Shown here one piece after another: positions 63,401-64,000 of a stretch of DNA of 64,000 bases (its first letter is position 1; every line of letters starts with the position of its first letter). Source of the DNA: Eledone cirrhosa (lineage: Eukaryota); the NCBI GenBank assembly GCA_964016885.1, contig OZ024753.1, positions 8,990,001 through 9,054,000 on the forward strand, in the 5' to 3' direction. The position numbers and the translations under genes are program-made. The notes under the pieces were generated by a model, which was not told where the DNA came from, did no database searches, and worked only from the letters and a program-made list of their open reading frames with translations.

Positions 63401-63834
63401 TATATACCCCCTGTATTTCCTTCCACTTCATTAAATATATGCTTTTAAAGTGTTATTCCAATAATGAATATATAGGCACACAATTATATACAACAAAAGT
63501 TATGATTGTGAATAGTCCAGAATGAAAACAGGTCTTATGTGTTTATATTATCCTTTGGGAATAAAAGAGATTGGTAAATTTTTTTGTTTTCTTTTAATAT
63601 ATATTCTACACATAATTCAGTGTTAAATTATTTGTTAATAAAAATAATGTTGCCATAAAAGTTTATTTCTAATAAATAATGTTTTTCATACGTTGTGTTT
63701 AACCCATAATTCAATGAACGCAATGCTTAGATTCACTAAATACAATATACACATAAAACACTATTCATAAATAATGTTAAACTTTTTGCATCATTGCATC
63801 ATCACATGTTTATAATGCATATAATGCATGTGAA

Positions 63835-64000
63835 GGCGCATGGTTTAGTGGTTAGAGCATTGGGCTTGCAATCAGAAGGTTGTCAGTTCAATTCTTGAAC
63901 CAGGTGATGAGCCAAACCCTATATATATTAGTGTTAGGTAGGGCATCCAGCTGTAGAAATGTGAAGGAGCATGGGTTAGTGGTTAGAGCATTGGGCTTGC
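63835..64000 (+). mobile_element. SINE-B head fragments
   Basis: GGCGCATGGTTTAGTGGTTAGAGCATTGGGCTTGC-type head twice. Confidence 0.75.

Noticed and set aside
62342-63525. Cys-rich, poly-Leu, Asn/Ser and Val/Ala ORFs
   Set aside because: Several frames are open because of triplet repeats; no unique coding context

Overview
AT-rich, microsatellite-laden animal DNA. The repeat complement (tRNA-derived SINEs with (ATT)n and (ATG)n tails, RTE/CR1/R4/CRE/Tx1 LINE remnants) suggests an octopus/cephalopod intron or intergenic region; this is inference. No host protein-coding gene could be supported. Most ORFs in the track are microsatellite artefacts, and the recognisable ones are retroelement fragments. 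The main signal is a dense, sequence-diverse set of minimal type I hammerhead ribozymes: six with intact core and stems, one with a weakened stem I, and about nine decayed or half copies. They have CUGANGA/GAAA/NUH cores and tiny, mostly palindromic stem III. They sit in short non-coding elements, mostly embedded in (TA)n tracts, often as fold-back palindromes or between direct or inverted repeats, and one lies just 3' of a Penelope GIY-YIG remnant. The window also shows: an RTE LINE with a PHD finger, split by an inversion; its partner SINE; (AAT)n-flanked Tx1 insertions; nested piggyBac-like and hAT MITEs; a Helitron; and repeated birth of minisatellites from TE pieces. All coordinates and pairings were read by eye and may be off by a few bases.
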